Notes under the pieces: model-generated
Seen by the model: the letters and a program-made list of their open reading frames with translations, nothing else
What the model was told of the DNA's origin: nothing
Database searches by the model: none
Position numbers and translations under genes: made by a program
Shown: one piece after another, positions 37,301 to 45,812 of the stretch
Numbering within the stretch: position 1 is the stretch's first letter
Layout of the letters: every line of letters begins with the position of its first letter
DNA from: a virus
Taxonomy: Duplodnaviria > Caudoviricetes
Virus record (IMG/VR): IMGVR_UViG_3300047508_000144
Span: 1,751-65,750 of that record
Direction: 5' to 3' (one strand)
Length of the DNA: 64,000 nt

Positions 37301-37913
37301 AATCTTCACCGAGAAACGTAAGTGGGAAGATGTGGAGAAGGACTGGTTCAAGTCCATGGGCGGGCCAGCACTTGACCAAGGGTTTCAGCTGTTCAAAGCG
37401 GCAGGGGATATCATGAACGGCGATTTCCTCGAAGGCTTGGGCCGGATGGCGCCTGGACTGGTTAGCGGACCGATGAAAGCTTACAGGCTTGGTCGTGATG
37501 GATTTGTCGACAATCAAGGGCAGAAGCTGCCGATGAGTCCGAGTGCTCTCGACTACGCGCTGACCGCGATGGGTCTCAAGCCGCAGAAGCAGGCTGAGTA
37601 CCAGGAGGTGGCTCGGGAAGAATCTGGACTGCGCGCCATGCGCCAGGCGAGTTCGGCGAACATCAGCCAGCATCTAAGGCAGGCGGTGGCGCAAGGCGAC
37701 CAAGGGTCGTTCAACGAATGGATGGCTGAAGCGCAGCGGTGGCAGGTAGAGCATCCTGGCATGTTGCCGCCGCAGGCCAGCTTCATACGATCGCTTCAAT
37801 TGCACCAGCAGCATCTCGCGCAGGCGCGATCGACAGGTCTACCGATTGGGGTACAGCCGCGGGATATCGCTGGTCGCGGGATGCTTCAGTACGGCAACAT
37901 ACCGATACAGTGA
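31344..37913 (+). CDS. Giant internal virion/DNA-ejection protein, 2189 aa, with zincin-like motif
   Basis: Gly/Ala hydrophobic N-terminal segments; HEMAH...EMVSEAMANP; C-terminal Gly-rich helical region typical of podophage ejection proteins. Confidence 0.78.
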   Translation: MAGWFDTYTPRFDSYLPPSEPGTSVLPTRTLPAEVPATGTGDWFTSGIMSGFHGALKEGARALQAGAQMTGASDVAKSLAEFAEARHRDEQSYARPDLEASPWSPTGIAYNIARMVPMGVTALGGSAIGAALAPEAAVGAAGAGAAALAARAAPAVLPRLLGASAATYPFVTGANVEREISETGELKHPGRAALLGIPEAALQGVLPGKLPSFFKEGILSGVTHSAAVQGIAGGGTEALTQFMGDPNRGFADRAGAVVHSALSGAALGGIIGGAFGGMRALTGKPAAHVTDEDLTKSTDQALIPEERRLPAPRTVSTPLSERPVPGEPVAAGPPLQELSPTELWQRFNKVQESIKINPQDVDALDASRLLGQEFTRRSAEMEPAPAIPEPPRQIEYQPGVVPLEMRGPVNEIPAGEIAGRIDVLKPPRTQAEAEELRQLVQEQQRRAAEEAEAAAAATEALGQQPKQLPPPSPKSGSPPGIIKEGAPLHEMGATDLMGRLHYVQQWLATNPEDPRALRANELLGQEFSRRMEETAKAEPAAAAAAEPAAAEPAAAEPAAAAAAAAVEPTVAEPAAPAAPPPVLDFTKGAIKAGKTLYDAATPEAKATMRQPLIDEIVRRAGEGKDPTKLQAKWADKLDIWDEVEKAALERPPETPPGVAPEAPATPVTEPLVPPTWETPERAAQREQQSARATEALDNLRQTLDETRIKPPPPPATAAPIRSAEDRATALNGIAAHIDALPDSEIKTKSAAEAETVMQMLPRVEANPGLALSLNVRLTRLRNQVEAAAQRPAEAAASPDLAPSPLAEAKPAAVGDLDDLATKAQGTLSGLRKLLGPRAAEAIDQHEQWLASAKKAISPEEQAEVLKADPEKDIDADNLGGLTQLSPKMRKQVGDYLATQHEAVRQALQAESGSRARVIASRDGLPVTQLDADVADLHQRGVPLTDVADHIIEHTADPEQAAIVAKLRDFLPKDAKTVFRDGVTDKEGEYFTKQKTSALYNAADAATTAVHEMAHAVMHRALEGDSAAAKAMRGIYDQLKDKGDHAGITDAHEMVSEAMANPTYRSFLKSQMVKGTSLWDRMIDTVRGFIGLDPRLYNAFDRIMSHGDDLMKEQRAYPNEWLGPDSYARVTNNASGTAAAAADAGDRSLSEKLFNGSLNVKEFLRDIALGWNPGQWLARNPEYNKLSPNIQAHVDTLSMEDPRKKQIGRAAIVADRQSRALPAEGQEALKQLMAASTSYGFHPDQGIAQYIDDIKDNPTRVRQFQAVKDLWNAAGNIPGVREAYNTWRSTMSMLGQMTAVHNLQASERAVGLATDDAFRKFDGRSDLTNQPKEGEKFWQKELNDRIAANKEFNKQLTTQKAAIDTQLSEIEFKKDYPKELVQQQAKLGSQIETLTEAIKLAEGEQKRMLKEPYFHLGRKGDYFATGKLITTPGVVDPETGKSKPVVDQAVLEKFADHLQKNGINDVAIMQGNQHGTFYTRVETPAQLGALQKVLEAAQSEGLLSKTDPLKTGKIFDPHVFNRVATQATQDVIERLRANRPVAPEGTDQAALDKAHYESIQDLQRTLLSMTPETSMNRLMAHRQNVQGFSKDMLKSQGYAADVSAFSLARRSLSHEVSAAEAGMLKDVEKANSTDGVPLNTRLGLADTVEELMRGQRLRQTYVPPDWKSGLRQFTNFLHIGMSPAYVPMQLSQLAMTGAPELAKLQGSGLAGYGPAFAAMTRAVAPTMKALAATVRSPDGLTAGITREGLEKSTLTPAQIDTIMGMELRGSLGSYTASVSEHPALTGTMLKAANTLGTYADLAPRVIMGLAADELYTAKGHPTLSREQFIDRAIGDSQGYYSAALGARQMGRAGFLGSYTPMTMQFQTWNINLANKLYHEVYDAFKGDPQTRKDALTWLGGHAAATTMLAGTLGLPAVSVMASVYDKFMNSVTGRDDHDITASYRGFLANLFGKDMGEIIARGLPRAAGMDFANWGEGEIIPGTASLKIFTEKRKWEDVEKDWFKSMGGPALDQGFQLFKAAGDIMNGDFLEGLGRMAPGLVSGPMKAYRLGRDGFVDNQGQKLPMSPSALDYALTAMGLKPQKQAEYQEVAREESGLRAMRQASSANISQHLRQAVAQGDQGSFNEWMAEAQRWQVEHPGMLPPQASFIRSLQLHQQHLAQARSTGLPIGVQPRDIAGRGMLQYGNIPIQ

Positions 37914-39004
37914 TGGCACAACAACCCGGTGTTCCGCCCCCAGAAGTTGGCAAGGTCCTGAATAGTTGGACCGGGCTCAAGAATACGCTGCAGCCGGAAC
38001 GACTGGACCCTAAGGATTTGGTCCGGGCCAGGAACGTCGTCTTGGATGATACCGGGCAGCCATCCCGGCGGCGCGGCTATAAGTTGAAGCTTCGTGGCAA
38101 TGTGCACTCGTTGTTCACATCGTACCAGGGAGTTGTTCTTGGGGTGGTCGACAGCGAACTTAGCGTCATCAACCCGGATTACTCCCACCAGCCGCTGGTG
38201 TTCATCGGCACGGACCCGGCCGCCGGCATGCTGCCGCTGGCTTATGCCCAGGTGGGTGATCTGGTCTATTACGTGGGTGAGATCGACCGTGGCCTGGTGA
38301 GCCTCCCTGAGCGCAGCTGGGGCCCGTGGGGCGATCCGGATGACCTCTGGCTCTCTCCGGTGGTCAACCCGACAGAGACGCTGCCAGCGATCGCCGGGCG
38401 GCTGCTGAAGCAGCCACCGCACGCGACCTGCATCACCTATTACAATGGTAGGCTCTATCTTGGCCGAGGCCGTACGTTGTGGGTGACTGAGTTGTATCTC
38501 TACAACTACGTTGATGCGACATCCGGGTACAAGCTGTTCGAGGCCGATATCACCATGCTTGGGACGGTGACTGACGGCATCTACGTCGGGACAAAAGAAG
38601 GTCTTTGGTTCCTGACCGGGCCGACCTTTGCTGAGATGAAGCGTACACGGGCCATGGACTCAGGGGTGATCCCCGGCTCCATGGTGGACATCCCTAGTGA
38701 GCTTGCGAACCCGCCTCAAGTGCCGCTCATGGCAACGACACCGATCGAATCAGGGATCATGTTCATGACGACCACGGGTGTTTGCATCGGGATGGACGCT
38801 GGCAAGACGGCTAACATGACGGAGACTAAGTACATTTTCCCGAATTCGGTGGGTGCTGCAGCGCTGTTCCGCCGGCAGGATGGGGTGAACCAGTACATTG
38901 CTGCATTGCAGAACGGAGGTTCGCCGACGCAGAATGCGGCGATCGGTGACCACCTCGATGTCACGATCATCCGTGGTTCGGGGTTCCCGAACGGGAGACC
39001 ATAA
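37913..39004 (+). CDS. Putative tail nozzle/stabilisation protein (start MAQQPG)
   Basis: TGATG coupling; WTGL.N...ARNV.LD..G...RRRG N-terminus; propeller-like YNGRLY and DGIYVGT. Confidence 0.65.
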   Translation: MAQQPGVPPPEVGKVLNSWTGLKNTLQPERLDPKDLVRARNVVLDDTGQPSRRRGYKLKLRGNVHSLFTSYQGVVLGVVDSELSVINPDYSHQPLVFIGTDPAAGMLPLAYAQVGDLVYYVGEIDRGLVSLPERSWGPWGDPDDLWLSPVVNPTETLPAIAGRLLKQPPHATCITYYNGRLYLGRGRTLWVTELYLYNYVDATSGYKLFEADITMLGTVTDGIYVGTKEGLWFLTGPTFAEMKRTRAMDSGVIPGSMVDIPSELANPPQVPLMATTPIESGIMFMTTTGVCIGMDAGKTANMTETKYIFPNSVGAAALFRRQDGVNQYIAALQNGGSPTQNAAIGDHLDVTIIRGSGFPNGRP

Positions 39005-39007
39005 ACG

Positions 39008-40003
39008 ATGGACCGACCTACGATTGGCGATGGCGACTATGGCTCACTGGTGCGGCTCGTGCAGGAGTGCCTGTTGTGCGAGTTGGATGGCTCGTTCGGC
39101 CCCGAGACCGAGAAGGCTGTGAAGCGGTTCCAGGACAATCATAATTTAGACAATGATGGAATTGTCGGGCCGGCGACGTGGGCCAAGCTCACCGAGGTCT
39201 ACGATCTGGGGCCTTATCCGGCGCCGATGCTTCGGCCGTTGCCGCCCTCTGTGATCGACGAGATCGAGACGACTGCGGCCGAGAGCGACGTCGCTGACCT
39301 GATCTGGGGTGGCCCAGAACCGCGAGGGGAAGCCCCGCTGGGCTACATCAAGGGCATGGCGCTGGCCTACGCCACGTGTGTTCGCAAGTTCCAACAGGGC
39401 GACATGACGGCGCACGAGATAGCCAAGGCTGAGACTGGCGACAGCGAGCACGACGCGCTAGCGCTCTACCGCAGTCAGTTCCAGAAGATTGGCATGAGCA
39501 ACGGCGTCGCCGGTCGTGGGGTTCTGCGATCGGTGTTCGTGTTCTTGCTCGGGCTCGGGATGCAGGAAAGCTCAGGCCAGCACTGCTGTGGCCGCGACCA
39601 GAGCGCGGGCTCGTCGTCGCAGTCTAGCGACACCTGTGAGGCCGGGCTGTTCCAGACCAGCTGGAATTACCGTGTCTGCGCCACCGACGCCGAGACGCTG
39701 TTCGACGAGTACTGTCATGCGTTGGAGCGGTCTGAGTCACAGTGTCAGCTGGCGGCGTTCGAGGACGACGTGAGCTGCGACGAGGACGACTGGGACAACT
39801 ACGGCTCGGGTACGGGCGCGCAGTTCCAGGAGCTGACCAAGGTCTGCCCGGCCTTTGCAGTCGAGAGCGCGGCTGTCGGGATTCGTAATCTGAGGAAGCA
39901 CTGGGGGCCGATTGGGCGCATGGAGGTCCAGATCATGTACGAGGCCAAGGTGCTGTTCATGGAGATCGATGAGATTCTAGGTGCCGGCGAAGCTGTCGCC
40001 TAA
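39008..40003 (+). CDS. Peptidoglycan-binding protein/endolysin
   Basis: PG_binding_1 motif DGSFGPETEKAVKRFQ...DGIVGPATW; lysozyme-like QESS...AGLFQ. Confidence 0.8.
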   Translation: MDRPTIGDGDYGSLVRLVQECLLCELDGSFGPETEKAVKRFQDNHNLDNDGIVGPATWAKLTEVYDLGPYPAPMLRPLPPSVIDEIETTAAESDVADLIWGGPEPRGEAPLGYIKGMALAYATCVRKFQQGDMTAHEIAKAETGDSEHDALALYRSQFQKIGMSNGVAGRGVLRSVFVFLLGLGMQESSGQHCCGRDQSAGSSSQSSDTCEAGLFQTSWNYRVCATDAETLFDEYCHALERSESQCQLAAFEDDVSCDEDDWDNYGSGTGAQFQELTKVCPAFAVESAAVGIRNLRKHWGPIGRMEVQIMYEAKVLFMEIDEILGAGEAVA

Positions 40004-40377
40004 GCTACCAGGGAAATGCTAGGCGGAACTGGGAAGTTCACAAACTTGGAGGGGATGACGGTGATTTCGCCGATATTCTGGACGCTGACGGAGCCATCAG
40101 AAAGCATGGCCCGGACCTCGTACCGGTAAGTGGTTAGGGCCAACCCTGCCTGCTGGTCCGGGGTGATCTCGAACAGGTAGGTGCCCGCGGTGGGGGGTTG
40201 GAGGATCGCACCATCGGTTGGCGTTGTCAGGTCGAAGATCACCGAATTGCCCAGTGTGATGCGCAATTGTATGGTGGCTCCGGTGAGGTCTTCGATATTG
40301 CCGTTAGCGTCCCGGACGTAGCCGGAGATGACCCAGGTTTCGCCGATGTAGAAGGTACCGCTCTGCCACATGCTCAT
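40000..40377 (-). CDS. Solitary reverse-strand beta-sandwich protein (BppU N-terminal-like)
   Basis: G.T...DLTGATIQL...YRYEV...GEITV pattern; GAGG RBS; fills the gap exactly. Confidence 0.65.
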   Translation of the reverse strand: MSMWQSGTFYIGETWVISGYVRDANGNIEDLTGATIQLRITLGNSVIFDLTTPTDGAILQPPTAGTYLFEITPDQQAGLALTTYRYEVRAMLSDGSVSVQNIGEITVIPSKFVNFPVPPSISLVA

Positions 40378-40401
40378 GGTCTAACCTCAGGAGGGTTTCC
40401 G

Positions 40402-40953
40402 ATGTTGCCGATTCCTCGCGCACAGCCGCTGCTGGTTCCCGATCGGCGATTGCTGGTACCTGTCCGGCAAGTCATCGGCGGGCGCTTCCTTGGGAAAATC
40501 ATCCGGGACAAGCGGGTGATCGACGAGTTTGAGTGCAAGAACATCGTTGTCAACCAGGGACTTAACTACCTCCTGGGGGCTGCGCTTGGTTCTCAGTCGG
40601 TGGTGAACAACTGGTTCATCGGCCTGTTCTCCAATAATTACACCATTCTGGCGAGTGATACAGCGGCCACGATCGCGGCGAATTCCGGCGAGGTGACGCA
40701 GTACACCGCCGGGACCCGGCAATCCTGGCAGTCGGCGCCTCCGGCGAGCCAGTCAATTACCAACGCAACGAATCAGGCGTCGTTCACGTTCAACGCCACA
40801 CTGAACGTCTATGGTGCGTTCCTGATCTCGTCTTCGGCGATCAACGGCACCAGCGGCACACTGTTCTCTGGTGCACAGTTTGGCTCCCCCAAGTCGGTGG
40901 TCAGCTCGGACATCCTGCAACTGACGTACACCTTCACCGCGGCGTCTGCATAA
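40402..40953 (+). CDS. Putative tail structural protein (start MLPIPR)
   Basis: AGGAGG RBS; NIVVNQGLNY, YGAFL, GTLFS, LQLTY motifs. Confidence 0.75.
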   Translation: MLPIPRAQPLLVPDRRLLVPVRQVIGGRFLGKIIRDKRVIDEFECKNIVVNQGLNYLLGAALGSQSVVNNWFIGLFSNNYTILASDTAATIAANSGEVTQYTAGTRQSWQSAPPASQSITNATNQASFTFNATLNVYGAFLISSSAINGTSGTLFSGAQFGSPKSVVSSDILQLTYTFTAASA

Positions 40954-40965
40954 TAGGAGGCCACC

Positions 40966-41400
40966 ATGGCTGGCGGGAAAGGTTCGACGTTCGACAACGA
41001 TCTTCTCAAGCTGATCTTCAACGGCGTCGGGATCGCCGGTATCGCAGACAACGCGGGCTCGGCTCCGCTGACGAGCCTGTTTCTTTCGCTTCACACAGGT
41101 GATCCTAGTGCAGGTGGGGCCCAGACTACCAGCGAAGCGACTTATGGAAACTATACTCGAATGCCGGTGACACGTAACTTGTCGGGCTTCACGGTGTCGG
41201 GCAACGCAGTGACGTTGACGGCGGCGGTGATTTTCCCGACCGCGAGTAGCGGTAGCGAGAATGAGACTTTTGCTGCGGTTGGCACAAACGTAACTGGAAG
41301 CGGTAAGATTTTGTACCGCGGGCCGATCACACCAGCTCTCAACATAACGACCGGCATCGCGCCGCAACTCACAGCCGGGACGACCATCACGGAAAGCTGA
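40966..41400 (+). CDS. Fibre-associated structural protein (SLHTGDP type)
   Basis: AGGAGG RBS; paralog of 26436..26873. Confidence 0.75.
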   Translation: MAGGKGSTFDNDLLKLIFNGVGIAGIADNAGSAPLTSLFLSLHTGDPSAGGAQTTSEATYGNYTRMPVTRNLSGFTVSGNAVTLTAAVIFPTASSGSENETFAAVGTNVTGSGKILYRGPITPALNITTGIAPQLTAGTTITES

Positions 41401-41417
41401 CGTGGGAGGATTGTGCA

Positions 41418-42926
41418 GTGTTTGCCTTCGGCGACAGCTTCGATCTTTATACAGCACCAGCTGACTTGGTGGCTGGCTACTGGGATGTTGGCGGCTCACA
41501 AGGTAGTTTGAGTTTTCCGCCTGGTCGTTTCGCTGGTGGTCAAGGTCTCCAGGTCTTTCCCAATAATTCGATCAGCAAAGTGTCTGGGTCGAACGATGCT
41601 GTACATCATTTCGTGCTCGCTTTTCAGCAGACGGTTGCCTTATCTGGTACGACGTTAGGCTTTATAATCCAGTTAGCCGATGGCGCGACCAACCAGTGCT
41701 GCATCGTATTTCGTTCCGATGGAGCAATCCTGCTTACATCCGGGGCTTCGACTGGGACGATACTCGCTACGTATGCAGGCGCGATAACAGCTGTCGGCCA
41801 ATGGTTCGTGTTTGAGATTGAGGTTGTCATCAACAACACAACCGGTTCGGTCACGATCCGAAAGAACGGCAACACCGGTACGCCGGATTTCACAGCTACC
41901 AGTCTCAACACACGTAACAGCGCCAATAATTACGCGAACAAAATAACCATCGGTGCTGGCACGACTTCAGTTAGCAACCATTTGGCTGATGACTTCCTCT
42001 GGCGCAGTGACCCGTCTTCGGTGCCGTGGGTTGGCGACATTCGCTGTTATACGCGGATGCCGGTGAGTGACCAGAGCGTGCAATTTACCAAAGCAGGGGC
42101 ACCGTCACAAAGCATCAGTGGCACAATCGGGATATACAATGCTTGGGCGGCAAACGCTGCTCACTATTTTAGCTTTGTGCCAACTTACTCTGGTCAGATT
42201 GCTGGCGCGACTTGGAACACAGGTTCAGGATATAGCGGCACTGGTAACGTAAAATTCGCCATCTATGCTGACAATGGTGGCGTACCTGGAGCGTTGCTCG
42301 CAACGTCTTCCCAGATAACCAATCCAGCCGTTAATACCCAGGCAGTTACGTTCCCGTCGCCGGCAACTGTGGTCGCTGGACAAAAATATTGGTGGGGAGA
42401 GAACCAAGACTCTGCTTCTCTTAGCGCAGCTGTTCAGAATGTCTCAGGGAATGAAAGCATCCAAGTTAATAACACTACCTACGCGGGCTGGCCAGCATCG
42501 AATCCCAGCATGAGCGGCGCCACCTTCAACAATAACCAGCACGGTTTTGTGGTCAATTTTACATTTGTCCTCAATGCTAACTGTGTATCCGAAGCCCGAC
42601 AAGACGGTACCACCTCCTACGTTTTCGATAGTGTCGTCGGCGACAAAGACTTCTACGGTATCGCTGCTCGTAACTCTCCTGCGCCGCCTGCCACAGTAGT
42701 TGCTGTCACTACTCGTGGCTTCATGCAGCGCTCCGATGCTGGTTCGCGCGTAGCAGCGGTGCAAGTCAAGTCAGGCGGCACTACAGTGCAATCAACACCG
42801 ACTCAGCCAGCCAGCGGCAGCTTCTCATGGCTCTACCGTACTGATCTCACCAACCCGAACACGAGCGCAGCATGGGCACCTTCGGCGGTCGATGCCGTTC
42901 AGGTCGGGCCATGCATTGTAAGCTGA
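41418..42926 (+). CDS. Putative receptor-binding/lectin-like virion protein
   Basis: Beta-rich; WFVFEIEV, VKFAIYADNGGVPGALL and YWWG motifs; central part looks lower in GC. Confidence 0.65.
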   Translation: MFAFGDSFDLYTAPADLVAGYWDVGGSQGSLSFPPGRFAGGQGLQVFPNNSISKVSGSNDAVHHFVLAFQQTVALSGTTLGFIIQLADGATNQCCIVFRSDGAILLTSGASTGTILATYAGAITAVGQWFVFEIEVVINNTTGSVTIRKNGNTGTPDFTATSLNTRNSANNYANKITIGAGTTSVSNHLADDFLWRSDPSSVPWVGDIRCYTRMPVSDQSVQFTKAGAPSQSISGTIGIYNAWAANAAHYFSFVPTYSGQIAGATWNTGSGYSGTGNVKFAIYADNGGVPGALLATSSQITNPAVNTQAVTFPSPATVVAGQKYWWGENQDSASLSAAVQNVSGNESIQVNNTTYAGWPASNPSMSGATFNNNQHGFVVNFTFVLNANCVSEARQDGTTSYVFDSVVGDKDFYGIAARNSPAPPATVVAVTTRGFMQRSDAGSRVAAVQVKSGGTTVQSTPTQPASGSFSWLYRTDLTNPNTSAAWAPSAVDAVQVGPCIVS

Positions 42927-42930
42927 TACG

Positions 42931-44808
42931 ATGGCAACGAACGCGAATGTAACGCAGGTTAGCGTCGAGGAATTCGCGTCGATCGTTCCGCCTCAGCTCT
43001 GGCTCACCCAGACCGCGGTCGAAGAATGGGCGATGGTGGTGACCTTGCGGTCGGCCATCGCCCAGATGGACGGCCAGTCCGATATGGCGGCCTCTGGCAA
43101 CGTCTTCAGGACCATGAGCGCCGCCCAGATGGACGGCCAGGCGGATGTGCAAGCCGCTGGTGCCGCCCATGCCGTGGGCGCGGCCAGGATGGACGGCCAA
43201 GCCCAGATGCTGGGCGTCACCGTTGTTACGACCTCTGGTGCTGCCCAGATGGACGGCCAGGCGGATATGCAAGCCGCTGGCGCCGGTCTAGCCGTGGGCG
43301 AAGCCAGGATGGACGGCCTGGCTCAGGCGGAATTCAACAGTGTCGATTTGGTGAAGGGCGCGGCCCAGATGGATGGCCGTGGCTCAATGGTTGCGATCAG
43401 TGTCGAAGGTGCTGGTATCGCTGAGATGGACGGCGAAGCTTCGGTAGCTTTTACTTCGCCGCATTATTTCACGGCTAATCTGTTCAGCGGCATTGTCGGC
43501 GGACAATCTACGTCGGTTCGCATGACCTACAATGTCGTTATGCCGCAAGCTTTTGTTGGCGGCGCGATTATGAAACCAAAGGTTCGTTACCACCTAGCTC
43601 TTAGCAATGCGCTTAATTGGTCTAGCGACATCAGCTTTAAGATGAGGTTTGTAAAGGTAATGCGGGAGGTCGCTATCATGCTGACCCCCAGCGTGGCGCC
43701 TCATACCCAGTTCCACTACACCTTTACTTTCCCGATCGGCGTGCAACCGACGCTGACTTCGAAGTATCGTGTGGTTCGTAACCTGGCGCAGAATATAAAC
43801 GTAAGCCAGACTACGCTTCCAAAGTTCATCTGGGGCCGGGCGCTGACGGAGGCGCTCAAGGTTTCTGCTTCCTTAGATGCGCACGGGATGTACAAGGCAT
43901 CTTTGGCGCAGCTGCTCAAGCTTGGTGAACTCAAAGGTCTCAAGCTCCGTCATCCTGTCACCCTGAATCAGGAGATCGATCTATCCCATGTGCTGACTGG
44001 CGGGATCAGCCTTAAGCTGCTGCAGAAAATTCTGGCGACAGGCACGGCGTCGCCAGGGGTTGCTTATCATCTCGGGCTCACCAGTCGGGTACGTGTTGCT
44101 GATTTCATCGACAAGCTCTTCTTTGCAATACTGACACAGCTGTTCACTGCGCACGATGTTCCTACGCATGCGTTTACTGCGATCGGTTCTCTGGATCAGC
44201 TGCTCACCATTCACCCGACGTTCAATAACAAGCTGGTCTTGAAGCTCGTCGGAAACATCCAGGTGAGCCCCGAGCAGCTGATAAGCATGATCTATGCGGG
44301 CGACCCGCTCCTGGATGGGGTGCTCATTGACGCGCTCTACATCAGCCCTTCTGGAACGACGACAGCCTGGGCGGTGAACACCAGGACCGCGGCGGTCACT
44401 GAGTATCTCAACTATAATTTTAATTCGTTTGCGTTGTTGGGCGACCGGTATGTTGCAGCTGGCCCCGATGGGCTCTATGAGCTGGACGGTGACACCGACG
44501 ATGGCGCGCTGATCATTGCCGATCTGATGGGTGGGTACCTCCAACTCAACGAAAAGAAGCTGTTCGGCATCAAGGGTGCGTATGTCGCGATCCGTGGCGG
44601 CGGTCGGTTCTATCTTAAATTGGTCGCGGGTGACGGGCGCGAATACGTCTACGAACTTAGAGCCCAACCGAATCTGATGACAACGAAAGTCAAGGTGGGA
44701 AAAGGCATCAGCACGACTTACATGGCCTGGGAGCTTATCACCGAGGGCCAGGATTTCGACCTCGACTCGATCGAGTTCATCCCGATGACGAGAGGAAGGA
44801 GAGTGTGA
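42931..44808 (+). CDS. Tail/fibre protein with TQVSVEE N-terminus and AQMDG repeats
   Basis: About eight A(Q/R/E)MDG repeats; C-terminal WAVNT...YLNYNFNSF..GLYELDG domain. Confidence 0.7.
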   Translation: MATNANVTQVSVEEFASIVPPQLWLTQTAVEEWAMVVTLRSAIAQMDGQSDMAASGNVFRTMSAAQMDGQADVQAAGAAHAVGAARMDGQAQMLGVTVVTTSGAAQMDGQADMQAAGAGLAVGEARMDGLAQAEFNSVDLVKGAAQMDGRGSMVAISVEGAGIAEMDGEASVAFTSPHYFTANLFSGIVGGQSTSVRMTYNVVMPQAFVGGAIMKPKVRYHLALSNALNWSSDISFKMRFVKVMREVAIMLTPSVAPHTQFHYTFTFPIGVQPTLTSKYRVVRNLAQNINVSQTTLPKFIWGRALTEALKVSASLDAHGMYKASLAQLLKLGELKGLKLRHPVTLNQEIDLSHVLTGGISLKLLQKILATGTASPGVAYHLGLTSRVRVADFIDKLFFAILTQLFTAHDVPTHAFTAIGSLDQLLTIHPTFNNKLVLKLVGNIQVSPEQLISMIYAGDPLLDGVLIDALYISPSGTTTAWAVNTRTAAVTEYLNYNFNSFALLGDRYVAAGPDGLYELDGDTDDGALIIADLMGGYLQLNEKKLFGIKGAYVAIRGGGRFYLKLVAGDGREYVYELRAQPNLMTTKVKVGKGISTTYMAWELITEGQDFDLDSIEFIPMTRGRRV

Positions 44809-44809
44809 C

Positions 44810-44983
44810 ATGACAAAAGGTCTGTTGTTCTGGGTGATCTGGGTCATCTGTGTGCTGGTCTGGGCCGGTGTCAACTTCGGCGGCTTCGGCAACATGCGCC
44901 CCTATACCGGTGGCGGCGTGATCGAGTTCATCCTGTTCGGTTTGCTGGGTTGGCAGGTATTCGGTCCCGTCATCCGTGGGTGA
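44810..44983 (+). CDS. Small two-TM membrane protein, 57 aa (holin candidate), not in ORF track
   Basis: Own translation MTKGLLFWVIWVICVLVWAG...FILFGLLGWQVFGPVIRG; AGGAG RBS. Confidence 0.65.
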   Translation: MTKGLLFWVIWVICVLVWAGVNFGGFGNMRPYTGGGVIEFILFGLLGWQVFGPVIRG

Positions 44984-44986
44984 TCT

Positions 44987-45610
44987 GTGCCGGATGTTGA
45001 GCGACCGCCTGGATGGGTGCCGGTTGATCAGGGCGTCGGCCAGGTGCCGATGTCAATCACCACGAGTGTCGACGCTAGTAATGTGGCGTCGCCGCAGGAT
45101 GCCAATAAGCCGGCCACTGAAATAATCCGACAGAACCAACCGGTCATCAACAGGTTCGTTTCAATTCAGCGGCAACAGATCGAGATTGGAGGGCTCGATA
45201 TCCATAGCTCCATACTCCCCCTGAAAGACATGTCTGTTTACTACAGTTATGTGCAGGGGCGGGAGAAGATGCACTATCACATCGCTCCGCAAGTTGAAGC
45301 AGCGCCAGAGATACCGCAACCGGAAGCACTACCGGAAGAAGCACCGAAGCCACCAACACCGGAAGAGCCGCCAGAAGTATCGCGACCACCAGACCTAGAG
45401 GCGAGAGTGCCGACGCCGGAGGGATCGCCAGCGGAGCCGGAAGTGGAGCTACCGCCAGAAGAGAGGCCGCCGGAAGAGGAGAAGCCGCCAAAAGAAGAGG
45501 AGTTGCCAGAAGAGGAGAAGAAGGAAAAGAAGGAAGCGCCAGAGTTCCTGGAAATAGACATGCCGTGCTTCTTGCCGGTTGAGTTTGGTGATGGCGCTGG
45601 TGATCCGTAG
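44987..45610 (+). CDS. Hypothetical protein with Pro/Glu-rich C-terminal half
   Basis: ORF in operon orientation. Confidence 0.6.
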   Translation: MPDVERPPGWVPVDQGVGQVPMSITTSVDASNVASPQDANKPATEIIRQNQPVINRFVSIQRQQIEIGGLDIHSSILPLKDMSVYYSYVQGREKMHYHIAPQVEAAPEIPQPEALPEEAPKPPTPEEPPEVSRPPDLEARVPTPEGSPAEPEVELPPEERPPEEEKPPKEEELPEEEKKEKKEAPEFLEIDMPCFLPVEFGDGAGDP

Positions 45611-45624
45611 GGAGTGGCCTGATC

Positions 45625-45807
45625 ATGGCTTGTGCTAGCTGTAAGGAACGCGCTGAGTTGCTCATGAGGGCGCGCGAAGCTTATCAACGTGGCGACATAC
45701 CGGAAGCCCAGCGGCTTCTCAGGGAGATGTTTGGAACTGTAGTGAAGGACGTGGACAAGCACGTCTCGATGGTTATCCACGGTCTGCTGTCAAACAAACC
45801 GAAGTAA
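45625..45807 (+). CDS. Small protein with N-terminal CxxC
   Basis: GGGAG RBS; MACASCKER. Confidence 0.6.
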   Translation: MACASCKERAELLMRAREAYQRGDIPEAQRLLREMFGTVVKDVDKHVSMVIHGLLSNKPK

Positions 45808-45812
45808 CCGCC

